From contig DASUWI010000129.1 in assembly GCA_036378495.1 (NCBI GenBank), forward strand, positions 1,172-65,171: a DNA stretch of 64,000 nucleotides. Direction: 5' to 3'. This DNA is from Candidatus Dormiibacterota bacterium (GTDB lineage: Bacteria; Chloroflexota; Dormibacteria; Aeolococcales; Aeolococcaceae). This document shows positions 41,220 to 50,579 of the stretch, piece after piece. A program made the position numbers and the translations under genes. The notes under the pieces are model-generated. The model saw nothing but the letters and a program-made list of their open reading frames with translations, was not told the DNA's origin and did not search any database. Each line of letters opens with the position of its first letter. The first letter of the stretch is position 1.

Positions 41220-41789
41220 TCAACTGGGATACAGCGCGCGCAGCCGGTCGCGCGCCAGCGCGGGCCGGGCCAGGGCGGCCGGCAGCGCGCGCGTCAGCCC
41301 GTCGGCGGGGTCGACGCGCTGCACGCCCCGCAGCGTCAGCTCCTCGGCGCTGTAGACCGCGTCTCCCCGCGCATCGAAGGCCGCAAGCGGCAGGTGCGAC
41401 CACTCCCCCGTCCCGTCGCCGTCGAAGAACGCCGCGTAGACGGCGCCGCGCCCGGCGGCGACGAGCGCCCAGCCCCGGGATGCGCCGGCGCCGGCCGCGG
41501 CGGCGGCGACCACCTCGAGCGAGGTGGCGCCGCGCAGCGGCAGGTCGCGACCGTGGGCCACGCCCAGCGCCGCAGCCATGCCGGCGCGGATCCCCGTGTA
41601 GGACCCGGGGCCAGTCACCACCACGACGTCCGTCGGACTCCCGGCGAGCATCTCGTGGAGCGCCCGCGGCAGGGCGAGATCGACGTCCACGTCTGCGAGC
41701 ACCACCGAGCGGAGGGGCCGGCCGCCGGGCTCGGCGAGCACGCAGACGATGCGGCGCCGCGACGAGGTGTCGATGGCGAGCACGGTCAT
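41220..41789 (-). CDS. tsaB: tRNA threonylcarbamoyladenosine biosynthesis protein TsaB (YeaZ)
   Basis: Starts MTVLAIDTSS, 189 aa. The ATGA overlap with the tsaE stop is typical. The 523-aa track ORF is an upstream frame extension. Confidence 0.8.
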   Translation of the reverse strand: MTVLAIDTSSRRRIVCVLAEPGGRPLRSVVLADVDVDLALPRALHEMLAGSPTDVVVVTGPGSYTGIRAGMAAALGVAHGRDLPLRGATSLEVVAAAAAGAGASRGWALVAAGRGAVYAAFFDGDGTGEWSHLPLAAFDARGDAVYSAEELTLRGVQRVDPADGLTRALPAALARPALARDRLRALYPS

Positions 41790-42259
41790 CGTGGGCTCTG
41801 CTCCGCGAAGGCGGCGGCGAGACGATCCGGCGCCTGCCCGTCGACGCTGCAGAGGCGGCCGTCGGCGGGCTCGCTGTCGATGGCGATGCGCACCGGCTCG
41901 AAGCGCCGCAGGTCGGCCAGCTCCCCCCACTCGACGGCGACGGCGCCGTCTTCGAGCAGCCCGTCGAAGTCGAGAAAGGTGAGGTCCACCTCCGGTCCGA
42001 TGCGGTACAGGTCGACGTGATGCAGGCGGAGACGTGGCCCGCGATACACGTGATGGAGCACGAAGGTGGGGCTGCGCACGAGGCGGGGGTCGACCCCGAG
42101 GCCCTCGGCGATGCCGCGCACCAGCACGGTCTTGCCGGCCCCGAGCGGCCCGCTGAGCACGAGCAGGTCGCCGGGCAGCACCGCCCTGCCGATGCGTTCC
42201 CCGAGGGCGATGGTGTCGAGCTCGGTGGGGCAGCGGAGGGCTCGCCGCTTGCCGGTCAT
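41786..42259 (-). CDS. tsaE: tRNA threonylcarbamoyladenosine biosynthesis ATPase TsaE (YjeE)
   Basis: 157 aa with the P-loop GPLGAGKT. Confidence 0.8.
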   Translation of the reverse strand: MTGKRRALRCPTELDTIALGERIGRAVLPGDLLVLSGPLGAGKTVLVRGIAEGLGVDPRLVRSPTFVLHHVYRGPRLRLHHVDLYRIGPEVDLTFLDFDGLLEDGAVAVEWGELADLRRFEPVRIAIDSEPADGRLCSVDGQAPDRLAAAFAEQSPR

Positions 42260-43290
42260 CGCCAGTGGCGTGACCGCGGCTGCGGCAGCGCCACGGCCTC
42301 ACCGCCGCGACGGCGCAGCAGAACCACGCCCGATCCCTCAACCAGCCGCCCCACCTCGCGCAGCGGCGCCAGGTCGGCCGGCCAGGCGGCGAGCAGGCCG
42401 GCCGTCGCGTCCGGGGCCACGGCGCACAGCAGCTCGAAGTCCTCGCCGCCGCCCAGCGCGAGGTCGGGCCACTGCTCGGGAAAGGAGCGCTGCAGCCCCG
42501 GCGCCACCGGCAGATCGTCCAGCCACAGCTCGGCGCCACAGCCCGAGGCATGGGCCGTGCGTCCCGCGTCGGCCACGAGGCCGTCGCTGATGTCTCCGGC
42601 GCAGCGCACCCCCGTCTCGGCCAGCAGGAGGCCCTCCGCGACCCGCGCCGTCGGCGCCAGCAACGCGTCCACCCACGCAGTGGCGCGGTCATCGCCGCCG
42701 TCGGAACCGCCACCCTCGAGCCACACGAGCCCGGCAGCGGCCGCGCCCAGGCAGCCCGTGACCAGGAGCGCGTCTCCGGGGCGGCCGGCATCGCGACGCA
42801 GCCAGCGGCCGCGCGCGGCGGTCCCGCCGGCGGTGACGTCTATGACGATCGGACCGCCGGTGTCGCTGACATCACCGCCGGCGACGGCGCAGAAGGCGCC
42901 GGAGGCCGCCTCCACCAGCCCGCGCTGAATCTCGAGCACGTCCTCGAGCTCGGTGTCGCCCGGCGCGCACAGCGTGGCCAGGCACCAGGCCGGCCGGGCG
43001 CCCATGCCTGCCAGGTCGGACAGCGATACGGTCAGCGCCCGCCTTCCCAGCACCCGGGGTGCGATCCAGCGGCGGCGGAAGTCGCGGTCCTCCACCAGGG
43101 CATCCTGGGTGAGCGCCACCTCCCTTCCGGGCGGCGGAGCCCACACCGCGGCGTCGTCCCCAGGGCCCACGACGAGCGCCTCGATGGACCCCGAGGCGGC
43201 CACCTCGCGGAGGCGGCGGAGCACCTCCACCTCCCCCGTCTCGGCGAGCGTGGGGCCGCCGGCGTCAAAGGCCCGCTCACCAAATGTCAC
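42256..43290 (-). CDS. thiL: Thiamine-monophosphate kinase
   Basis: AIRS/PurM-like N and C domains (…VVGPGDDAAV…ALTQDALVEDRDF…VSLSDLAGMGARP…). The start was set at a GTG (VTFGERAF). The track ORF extends to 43401. Confidence 0.7.
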   Translation of the reverse strand: MTFGERAFDAGGPTLAETGEVEVLRRLREVAASGSIEALVVGPGDDAAVWAPPPGREVALTQDALVEDRDFRRRWIAPRVLGRRALTVSLSDLAGMGARPAWCLATLCAPGDTELEDVLEIQRGLVEAASGAFCAVAGGDVSDTGGPIVIDVTAGGTAARGRWLRRDAGRPGDALLVTGCLGAAAAGLVWLEGGGSDGGDDRATAWVDALLAPTARVAEGLLLAETGVRCAGDISDGLVADAGRTAHASGCGAELWLDDLPVAPGLQRSFPEQWPDLALGGGEDFELLCAVAPDATAGLLAAWPADLAPLREVGRLVEGSGVVLLRRRGGEAVALPQPRSRHWR

Positions 43291-43451
43291 AACAGCATTG
43301 TGAGGTTGCGAATGCTCACCTTGAACGGTTATCGTCCAGCGCGCCGCTTTTTTCGGGGAGGCGACTGGGGGGAGACCCCGGGGTAGGGAGCAGCCGACCA
43401 CGTCTGCCGCTGGGCACCAACCGCTTCGCCACGAGGAAGGAGGGCAGCCTA

Positions 43452-44540
43452 TTGAGACGGAGCCACAAGCTCGTTCTCATGCTGGCGGGCGCGGCGGCTT
43501 TGGTCACCACCGGCATCGGCTCCATCCCGACATCGCACGCGGCGACCTCCTCGAGCACGATTGACAGCTTGCGCGCACAGCGCGCGGCGCTCGTGCAGGA
43601 GCTCGCAACGATGCAGCCGGACATCAGTGTGGCGCAGGGTCAAATGAGTGGCGCTGAGTCCGCGTACAGCTCGCAGCAGCAGAAGGTCCTCAGTCAGCAG
43701 AAGCAGCTCAACACGCTGAACAACCACCTGATGTCGCTCAACCAGCAGCTGCAGGCAAACGAGGCCACCACCGCGACCGACAAGCAACAGCTCGCAGAGG
43801 TCATCCGGGCCACATGGGAGAGCAACAGCACCGACCAGGTGCTGATAGCGCTGCTCAGCGCGCAGGACTTCAGTCAGGCCGTCGACCGATTGAAAGCCGC
43901 TACCCAGGTGTCGCAGCAGGTGCAGGAGTTCGTGTCGCAGCTGGCGACACAGGACAAGCAGATCAAGCAGGAGCAGGCGCAGATCAAGACGCAGTTCGAC
44001 CAGGCCTCGTTCATCGAGAATCAGCTGTCGTCAACGTCTGGACAGCTGCTCGCCGACCTGGAGAACCGTAATCAGTTCTTCAACATGCTCAACGGACCGG
44101 CGCGCCAGGTGGCTGAGCAGATCGCCAACATCGACAACCAGATCGCCGCGCTGGAGATGCCCGCGTTCGTTGGCAGCGGGCCCTGCGGCGACAACTTCGC
44201 ATACGGCCAGTGCACCTGGTATGTGGCGTCGCGGCGCTGCATCCCGTGGGGCGGCAACGCCAACCAGTGGTACTACAACGCCGGCGCGATGGGTTTCCAG
44301 GAGGGGCACACCCCGGCGCCCGGTGCTGTCGTCGTGTTCTGGCCGGGCGGTGACGGCGCCAGCTCCATCGGCCACGTCGCGTACGTCGAGGCGGTGGGCC
44401 CCACCAGCACCGTCCCGGCGGGCTACTTCCTGCAGTCTGAGATGAACTTCTTCGGCAACGGGGGCGGCTGGGCGCGCGTCAGCTACCGCGTGCTGCCGAA
44501 CAACTCCTCCGGCATCCAGGGCTTCATCTACAACCGATAG
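43452..44540 (+). CDS. Secreted coiled-coil protein with C-terminal CHAP domain (peptidoglycan amidase/endopeptidase)
   Basis: TTG start 7 nt after the strong RBS AGGAAGGAGGG. Signal peptide (KLVLMLAGAAALVTTGIGS…AHA). Long Gln-rich coiled-coil region. C-terminal CHAP catalytic Cys (GQCTWYVASRR) and His (GHVAYVE). Confidence 0.7.
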   Translation: MRRSHKLVLMLAGAAALVTTGIGSIPTSHAATSSSTIDSLRAQRAALVQELATMQPDISVAQGQMSGAESAYSSQQQKVLSQQKQLNTLNNHLMSLNQQLQANEATTATDKQQLAEVIRATWESNSTDQVLIALLSAQDFSQAVDRLKAATQVSQQVQEFVSQLATQDKQIKQEQAQIKTQFDQASFIENQLSSTSGQLLADLENRNQFFNMLNGPARQVAEQIANIDNQIAALEMPAFVGSGPCGDNFAYGQCTWYVASRRCIPWGGNANQWYYNAGAMGFQEGHTPAPGAVVVFWPGGDGASSIGHVAYVEAVGPTSTVPAGYFLQSEMNFFGNGGGWARVSYRVLPNNSSGIQGFIYNR

Positions 44541-45778
44541 TTACCCTGTCTCGCGCCTGCGTCGCGCTCCAGGGCGCGGCGCAGGCGTTCTTGCGCCTGG
44601 GGAAGCGCCTCGATGACGTCGGAGGCGAGCGCACCAGCCCGGCCGCGGCGCGCCTGCGCGATCGCGCCGGCCTCGGCGTGAACGGTCACGGCGGCGACCG
44701 CGGCGTCGAAGGGCGCAAGCCCCTGGGCGATCATCGATCCCAGAAGCCCGGCGAGCACGTCGCCCGTGCCACCCGACGCCAGCGCCACCACGCGGTGCGT
44801 GTCCACGTGCATGCGGCCGTCCGGTGAGGCGACGATCGTCTCTGCGCCCTTGAGCACGACGACCACTCCCTGCCGGCTCGCGTAGTCCGCGGCCACCTGG
44901 CGCCGGTCGCGCTGCACCGAGGCGGTGTCGACGTCGCAGAGCCGGCTCATCTCCGCCGGATGAGGAGTCAGCACCACCGGCTGCGGCACCTCACGCCACG
45001 AGAATCCTCGGAGCGCTGCAATGTTGAGGCCATCAGCGTCCACAACTGCCGGGCAGGGAACTGCCTGCAGGATGGAGAGCAGCGCCTCCTGTGTCGCCGG
45101 CGCACGCCCCAGCCCGGGACCGATCACCAGGGCACCGGCGCCGGCGAGATGCCCGAGCACCGGGGCGAGGGCGTCGGGCGTCAGCCGTCCGCTGCCGCGG
45201 TCGGGCAGCGGCGCGGGCATGACCTCGAGCAGGTGGCCGGCGACGATGGGATAGATCGCGTCGGCCACGCACACGGTGACAAGGCCGGCGCCGCCGCGGG
45301 CCGCGCCCATCGCCGCCAGCTGCGGCGCCCCGGTGTAGCCGCGTGCGCCGGCGACGACGACCACCCGCCCGAAGGTTCCCTTGTGTCCGTCCTCGGGGCG
45401 TGGCGCCAGCCGCAGCCCCGGCGGCGCCGCGGGCAGCGGATCGGCCAGCGACTCGGCGGCGACGACCGCGATCGCGACACCGCCATCGTGCGTCAGCGAC
45501 AGCGCGATATGCGTCGCCTCGCCGCGCACGTTGATGCGCGGCGCGCCCCGTCCGTGCACAACCTCCACCTCGCGCATCGCGGGCAGCGGGTAGGAGCGAG
45601 CGGTGCCGTACAGCTTGCGCACCGCCTCCTTCGCCGCCCAGCGCGATGCCCACCGCTCGGCTTTCGCGGCGCAGTAGCGGCGTTCCGCCTCGGTGAAGAT
45701 GCGTTCCGCGAAGCGAGGATGGCGCTGCAGCGCGAGCTCGATGCGAGCGATCGAGGCCACGTCGACGCCGAGCAGCAT
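44528..45778 (-). CDS. acpS: Fusion protein: holo-[acyl-carrier-protein] synthase (AcpS) N-terminal domain plus NAD(P)H-hydrate dehydratase (YjeF-C/NnrD, ribokinase-like) C-terminal domain
   Basis: The N-terminal ~120 aa, MLLGVDVASIARIE…FTEAERRY…AAKEAVRKLYG, is the AcpS 4'-PP transferase signature. The C-terminal ~280 aa (…GTFGRVVVVAGARGYTGAPQLAAMGAARGGAGLVTV…GPGLG…) is a YjeF-C carbohydrate-kinase-like dehydratase. It sits in the conserved actinobacterial glmS–acpS–nnr neighbourhood. Confidence 0.7.
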   Translation of the reverse strand: MLLGVDVASIARIELALQRHPRFAERIFTEAERRYCAAKAERWASRWAAKEAVRKLYGTARSYPLPAMREVEVVHGRGAPRINVRGEATHIALSLTHDGGVAIAVVAAESLADPLPAAPPGLRLAPRPEDGHKGTFGRVVVVAGARGYTGAPQLAAMGAARGGAGLVTVCVADAIYPIVAGHLLEVMPAPLPDRGSGRLTPDALAPVLGHLAGAGALVIGPGLGRAPATQEALLSILQAVPCPAVVDADGLNIAALRGFSWREVPQPVVLTPHPAEMSRLCDVDTASVQRDRRQVAADYASRQGVVVVLKGAETIVASPDGRMHVDTHRVVALASGGTGDVLAGLLGSMIAQGLAPFDAAVAAVTVHAEAGAIAQARRGRAGALASDVIEALPQAQERLRRALERDAGARQGNYRL

Positions 45779-45799
45779 TCGTCAGGCTCGCGGCCGGCG

Positions 45800-47638
45800 C
45801 TACTCGACGGTGACGGACTTGGCCAGGTTGCGGGGCTGGTCCACGTCGCACCCACGCTGCACGGCGACATGGTAGGCGAGCAGCTGCAGCGGCACCACGT
45901 TGACCAGCGGTGAGAGGAGCTCGTTGCACGCCGGGACGCTGATCGTCTCGCTGACCAGCCCGCTGTCGAAGGGATCCTCGCCCTCACTGACGATGGCGAT
46001 GACCGGCGCGTCGCGGGAGTGCACCTCCTCGACATTGCTCGCCGTCTTCGCCAGCGTCCGCCCGCGTGTGGCCACGGCGACGACGGGGACATCGGGATCC
46101 AGCAGGGCGATGGGCCCGTGCTTGAGCTCACCGGCCGCGTAGCCCTCGGCGTGCACGTACGCCACCTCTTTCAGCTTCATCGCGCCCTCGAGCGCCACCG
46201 GGAAGTTGATGCCGCGGCCGATGTACATCGCGTTGCGCGCGTGGGCGTAGCGCTGCCCGATGTCGCGCACCTGCTCTTCGACGTCGAGCGCACGCCGGAC
46301 CAGTGCGGGCATGCCACGAAGCTCTTCGACGATGGCACGATGGCGATCGACGTCGAGCGAGCCGCGCACGTCACCGAGGTGCAGCGCCAGCAGCAGGCCG
46401 CAGGCCACCTGGTTGACGAACGTTTTGGTCGCCGCCACCGACACCTCGGGCCCCGCCTGCATGTACAGCACCCCATCGGCGGCCATCGACAGCGCCGAGC
46501 CGACCACGTTGGTGACAGCGATCACCGGAGCGCCGCGCTCGTGCGCCTGGCGCACCGCGGCGATCGTGTCCGCCGTCTCACCGGACTGCGAGATGGCGAT
46601 CACGAGCGAGTCGCGGTCGACAACGGCGTCGGTGTAGCGGAACTCGCTGGCCGGTTCGACCGAGCAGCGCACGCGCGCCAGCCGCTCGATCATGTAGCGC
46701 GCGATCATCGCGGTGTACCACGCGGTGCCGCAGGCAACGAGCACCACCTCGCGCGCCCGCGTCAGCGGCTCATCGCCAACGACAAGCTCGGACAGATTGA
46801 CGAGGCCGGTGTCGTCTATTCGGCCCCGCAGCACGTGCTCCAGCGCCTCCGGCTGCTCGTGAATCTCCTTGAGCAGGAAGTGCGGGTACCCGTTCTTCTG
46901 CGCTTGCGACGCCTCCCAGTCGACGGTGATGACGCGCGGGGCCACCGCCTCGCCGTGCTGCGTCTGCACGCTGATGCCGTCCGGTGTGGCGGTGACCACC
47001 TCACCCTCACCGAGCAGCGCGACGCGCTTGGTGAACGGGATCAGGGCGGCGATGTCACTGCTGACGAAGGACTCACCGCGGCCCAGGCCCACCACCAGCG
47101 GCGCGTTCAGCCGCGCGCCGACGATGCAACCCGGTGCATCCGCGCTGATGACCACCAGCGCGTACGCGCCGCGCACGCGGTTGAGCGCCAGCCGCACCGC
47201 GGCGGCGAGGTCACCCCGGTAGCAGTCCTCGATCAGGTGGGGCACCACCTCGGTGTCGGTGTCGCTGGCGAACTCGTGACCGCGCAGACCCAGCTCCGTG
47301 CGGAGCTCGCGGTGGTTCTCGATGATCCCGTTGTGGATGACGTGGATGCGGCCGGTGCAATCCTGGTGGGGGTGCGCGTTCTCCGTTGTGGGACGGCCGT
47401 GCGTCGCCCAGCGCGTGTGCCCGATCCCGGTTGACCCGCCCGGCACTCCCTCTGCCTCGACGAGCCGGGTGAGCTCGGCCACCTTGTGCGTGTCCTTGGT
47501 CACGGACACGCCGTCGGCGTCGGTATCGAGCACCGCGATGCCGGCGGAGTCGTAGCCGCGGTACTCGAGCCGGCGCAGCGCGTCGAGCAGGATCCCGGCA
47601 GCGGGCTGGCTGCCCGTGTACCCGATGATTCCACACAT
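45800..47638 (-). CDS. glmS: Glutamine--fructose-6-phosphate aminotransferase (isomerising)
   Basis: Starts MCGIIGYTG (Ntn Cys2), 612 aa, with a GATase-2 domain and two SIS domains. The 991-aa track ORF is an upstream-extended frame. Confidence 0.9.
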   Translation of the reverse strand: MCGIIGYTGSQPAAGILLDALRRLEYRGYDSAGIAVLDTDADGVSVTKDTHKVAELTRLVEAEGVPGGSTGIGHTRWATHGRPTTENAHPHQDCTGRIHVIHNGIIENHRELRTELGLRGHEFASDTDTEVVPHLIEDCYRGDLAAAVRLALNRVRGAYALVVISADAPGCIVGARLNAPLVVGLGRGESFVSSDIAALIPFTKRVALLGEGEVVTATPDGISVQTQHGEAVAPRVITVDWEASQAQKNGYPHFLLKEIHEQPEALEHVLRGRIDDTGLVNLSELVVGDEPLTRAREVVLVACGTAWYTAMIARYMIERLARVRCSVEPASEFRYTDAVVDRDSLVIAISQSGETADTIAAVRQAHERGAPVIAVTNVVGSALSMAADGVLYMQAGPEVSVAATKTFVNQVACGLLLALHLGDVRGSLDVDRHRAIVEELRGMPALVRRALDVEEQVRDIGQRYAHARNAMYIGRGINFPVALEGAMKLKEVAYVHAEGYAAGELKHGPIALLDPDVPVVAVATRGRTLAKTASNVEEVHSRDAPVIAIVSEGEDPFDSGLVSETISVPACNELLSPLVNVVPLQLLAYHVAVQRGCDVDQPRNLAKSVTVE

Positions 47639-47670
47639 ATGTGCGTTGAACGACCTCGCTCGAACCGCGG

Positions 47671-48681
47671 TTACGGCGTGGCCACCGGGGACGCAGGCGT
47701 GCTCGGTGTCGCCGTCGGCGATGGGGTGGGCGTCGGAGTGGCGAGTGGCACCATCGTCACCGTAACAGTCACGGTCCCCGGGTCGGCGGTGACCCCGCTG
47801 GGCGGTGTCACCGTCACGGTGCGCGACACCGTCCCGGTCACGTTGTTGAGCGACAGCGTCGACGTCGTCACCGAGTCGAGCGCGTTGAGCAGCTCCTGCG
47901 GGCCGGACAGCACCACGGTCGCCGGGTTGACGCTGATGCCCACCAGCTGCCACCCCGGCGGTGGGTTGCCCGACCGGCTGGGCACCACGGCGCTGGCGCG
48001 CGAGGTCTGGCTCGACGACACGATGAGCGTGACGCGAACGCTGCTCGGCGTCACCCCGCTCAACCACGGCGGGTTGGTGATCGCCGTGCCATGTGAGTCG
48101 TACAGCAGCACGGGCACGTCCGCCTCGACGTTCGTCTTGCGATTGCTGAGATCGAGGTTCACGCGTGCCTGCACTCCGGCCAGCTGCTGCTGTGCGCCGG
48201 TGACCACAACAGACGCCGGGCTCGCCGACTCCGACGAGGTGACATAGCCGGCCGGCGGCGGGTTGGTGACGTTGATGTTCACCGGCAGCGTGGTGGACGC
48301 CAGGTTGTCCAGCTCGGCGCTGATCGATCTCGGCGGGTCGATGAGCTGCACATTGGGATCGCTGTTGCTGATGCTGATGGGGACGGTGGCGGCTCCGGCG
48401 CTGGTGACGCTGCGCCAGCTCACGTTGACGGTCAACGACGATGTGCTGAACGCATTGAGGCTGCTCTTGTTGCCGCCGATGTGCAGCGAGATGCTGGGCA
48501 CCGGGCTGACCAGGACGAACTTCGCCGGGATCGCCGACGCCGACTGGGGCACGGGAACGCTGACCGTCTTGGTCTCGGGCGGATTGCCCGCGTACACGAC
48601 ACCCACCCAGGACACGAGCGCAACCGCGGTCGACAGCAGTTTGAGCCGCCAGTTGCGCGTCATGAAGCCGGGCAGCTTCAC
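47671..48681 (-). CDS. cdaR: YbbR-domain protein (CdaR, regulator of diadenylate cyclase CdaA)
   Basis: 336 aa. N-terminal TM anchor, repeated YbbR-like beta domains, Pro/Thr-rich C-terminal tail. Overlaps the cdaA stop (operon). Confidence 0.75.
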   Translation of the reverse strand: MKLPGFMTRNWRLKLLSTAVALVSWVGVVYAGNPPETKTVSVPVPQSASAIPAKFVLVSPVPSISLHIGGNKSSLNAFSTSSLTVNVSWRSVTSAGAATVPISISNSDPNVQLIDPPRSISAELDNLASTTLPVNINVTNPPPAGYVTSSESASPASVVVTGAQQQLAGVQARVNLDLSNRKTNVEADVPVLLYDSHGTAITNPPWLSGVTPSSVRVTLIVSSSQTSRASAVVPSRSGNPPPGWQLVGISVNPATVVLSGPQELLNALDSVTTSTLSLNNVTGTVSRTVTVTPPSGVTADPGTVTVTVTMVPLATPTPTPSPTATPSTPASPVATP

Positions 48682-49565
48682 AGGCCACCCCGCCGCCGGA
48701 TCGCCCGCAGCTCCTGCACGCGTGTGAGCGGCCGCAGCACCGCGCGGCGCTGCAGCGGCCGGCGCGGCGTCTCACCGGACTCGCCGAGCTCCGCGAGCAG
48801 CATCTCGCGCAGCGCCGGCTGATCCAGGCCGCGGTAGATCTTGCCCTGCGAGGCCACGCTGATCAGTCCCGTCTCCTCGCTCACGACCAGCACGAGCGCA
48901 TCGCTCTGCATGGTCAGCCCCAGCGCGGCGCGATGGCGCGTGCCCATGCGCCCCACTCCGGGAAGCGTCTCCGCCAGCGGCAGCACGCAGCCGGCGGCCA
49001 CCACACGATCCTGGCGGATGATCACAGCGCCGTCGTGCAGCGGCGAGCCGGGCACGAAGATCGTGGCCAGCATCTCCGCCGTGACCTCGCCGTTGATGTG
49101 CACGCCGGTGGCGGCGATGTTCTCCAGCCCGGTCTCGCGCTCGAACACGGTGAGCGCCCCCTCGCGCCGCTCGCTCAGCGAGCGCGCTGCCCGCAGCACC
49201 TCGTCGACCGTGCGCGTGATCGCCGTCTCCGTGCCATGTCTGCCGAGCACGGTGCGCATGGCGCCGAGACGGCCGACGCGATCGAGCGCACGGCGCAGCT
49301 CGGGCTGGAACAGGATGACCGCGGCGATGATGATCGCCTGCGACCCGTTGGCGAAGATCACGGCGAGCAGCTGCAGGTTGAGGAGCTGCGCGATCCAGCC
49401 GATGACGAAGATGACGCCGAGACCGAGCAGCAGCTGCACGGCCTGCGTGCCGCGGATCAGCTTGAACAGCTGATAGAGAAGAAACGCGACGATAAGGATG
49501 TCGAGCGCGTCGCGCCAGCTCAGGTTCTGGAGAAAGAAGTGCGCGTTGCGCAGCAGCTCGCTCAT
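48678..49565 (-). CDS. cdaA: Diadenylate cyclase CdaA (c-di-AMP synthase, DAC domain)
   Basis: 295 aa. Three N-terminal TM helices. DAC-domain motifs DGA (LHDGAVII) and RHRAA (TRHRAALG). Confidence 0.85.
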   Translation of the reverse strand: MSELLRNAHFFLQNLSWRDALDILIVAFLLYQLFKLIRGTQAVQLLLGLGVIFVIGWIAQLLNLQLLAVIFANGSQAIIIAAVILFQPELRRALDRVGRLGAMRTVLGRHGTETAITRTVDEVLRAARSLSERREGALTVFERETGLENIAATGVHINGEVTAEMLATIFVPGSPLHDGAVIIRQDRVVAAGCVLPLAETLPGVGRMGTRHRAALGLTMQSDALVLVVSEETGLISVASQGKIYRGLDQPALREMLLAELGESGETPRRPLQRRAVLRPLTRVQELRAIRRRGGL

Positions 49566-50506
49566 GCCACGCGCTCTGCGGGGGTGGCGTAGAGCTGCGC
49601 CAGCAGCGCCATCTGCACCCAGAGCCGGTTCTCCGCTTGGTCGAACACAATCGACTGCGGCCCGTCGATCACCGAGTCCGTGATCTCCTCACCGCGATGC
49701 GCCGGCAGGCAGTGCATGACGCGCGCCGATGCCGGCGCAAGCGCCATGAGCGCATCGTTCACCTGCAGGCGCGCGAAGTCGGTGCGGCGCCGCTGCTGCT
49801 CGGTCTCCTGCCCCATGCTGGCCCAGACGTCGGTGTACACGATGTCGGTGTCGGCGAGCACGGGGGCCGGGTCCTGCGTCAGCGTGAACGGCGTGCCGTG
49901 GTGACGCAGCTGCGCTCCGCGCGCGAGCACCGTCACCGACGGCTCGTATCCGGACGGCGTCACCACGCGAAGATCGACCCCGCACAGAGCCGCCGCATAG
50001 ATCCACGACGTGCACACGTTGTTGCCGTCGCCGATGTACGTGACACGCATGCCCGCGAGACGACCGAATGACTCCTTGACCGACGTGAGATCGGCGAGCA
50101 CCTGGCAGGGATGCTCGAGGTCGGTGAGCGCGTTGACCACGGGACGCCGAGCCGCTTCGGCGATGGCCACGAGATCGCGATGCGAGACGAGGCGCGCCAC
50201 GATGCCGTCGGCATAGCGGTCGAGGATGCGGCTGATGTCGGCGGGCGACTCACGCTCGCCCAGCTGCACCTCGGGGTTGAACAGCGCGATCGGGTGGCCG
50301 CCGAGCCGCTGGATGGCGACCTCGAACGAGACGCGGGTGCGGTTGCTCGGCCGCTGGAAGATGAGCGCCAGCGACAGGCCCTCGAGCGGGCGGCCCAGGC
50401 GTGCTCCGGCCTTCGCCGCGCACGCGAGGTCGACGAGACCCTCGATCTCACCCGCGGTGAGGTCGGCGATGCTGAGGAGGTCGCGGCCCACAAGCGTCGA
50501 ACCCAT
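49562..50506 (-). CDS. argF: Ornithine carbamoyltransferase
   Basis: Carbamoyl-phosphate motif S.RTR (SNRTRVSFE), HPCQ, and the ornithine-binding DxxxSMG (DVWASMGQ) and HCLP motifs. Confidence 0.8.
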   Translation of the reverse strand: MGSTLVGRDLLSIADLTAGEIEGLVDLACAAKAGARLGRPLEGLSLALIFQRPSNRTRVSFEVAIQRLGGHPIALFNPEVQLGERESPADISRILDRYADGIVARLVSHRDLVAIAEAARRPVVNALTDLEHPCQVLADLTSVKESFGRLAGMRVTYIGDGNNVCTSWIYAAALCGVDLRVVTPSGYEPSVTVLARGAQLRHHGTPFTLTQDPAPVLADTDIVYTDVWASMGQETEQQRRRTDFARLQVNDALMALAPASARVMHCLPAHRGEEITDSVIDGPQSIVFDQAENRLWVQMALLAQLYATPAERVA

Positions 50507-50579
50507 TTCCGCCGCCTATGGTTGCACCGTGTAGCCGATCGCAGACGGCGCGTGACCCGGCCGGCACGCGATCGGCTCG

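Noticed and set aside
47700-48500. Tandem GTCACCGTCAC / GTGACGGTGAC nucleotide repeats near 47740..47830
   Set aside because: They encode the VTVTVT / Pro-Thr low-complexity C-terminal tail of the YbbR-domain protein. They are coding repeats, not a repeat element.
45800-48775. 991-aa, 770-aa (54914..57226) and 523-aa (41220..42791) minus-strand ORFs, and the 832-aa plus-strand ORF 54617..57115
   Set aside because: These are upstream-extended frames of glmS, murA, tsaB and the alpha/beta hydrolase. The true starts are fixed by conserved N-termini (MCGIIGY, MERLRIAGGG, MTVLAIDTSS) and by non-overlap with neighbouring genes (cdaR, mreB, tsaE).
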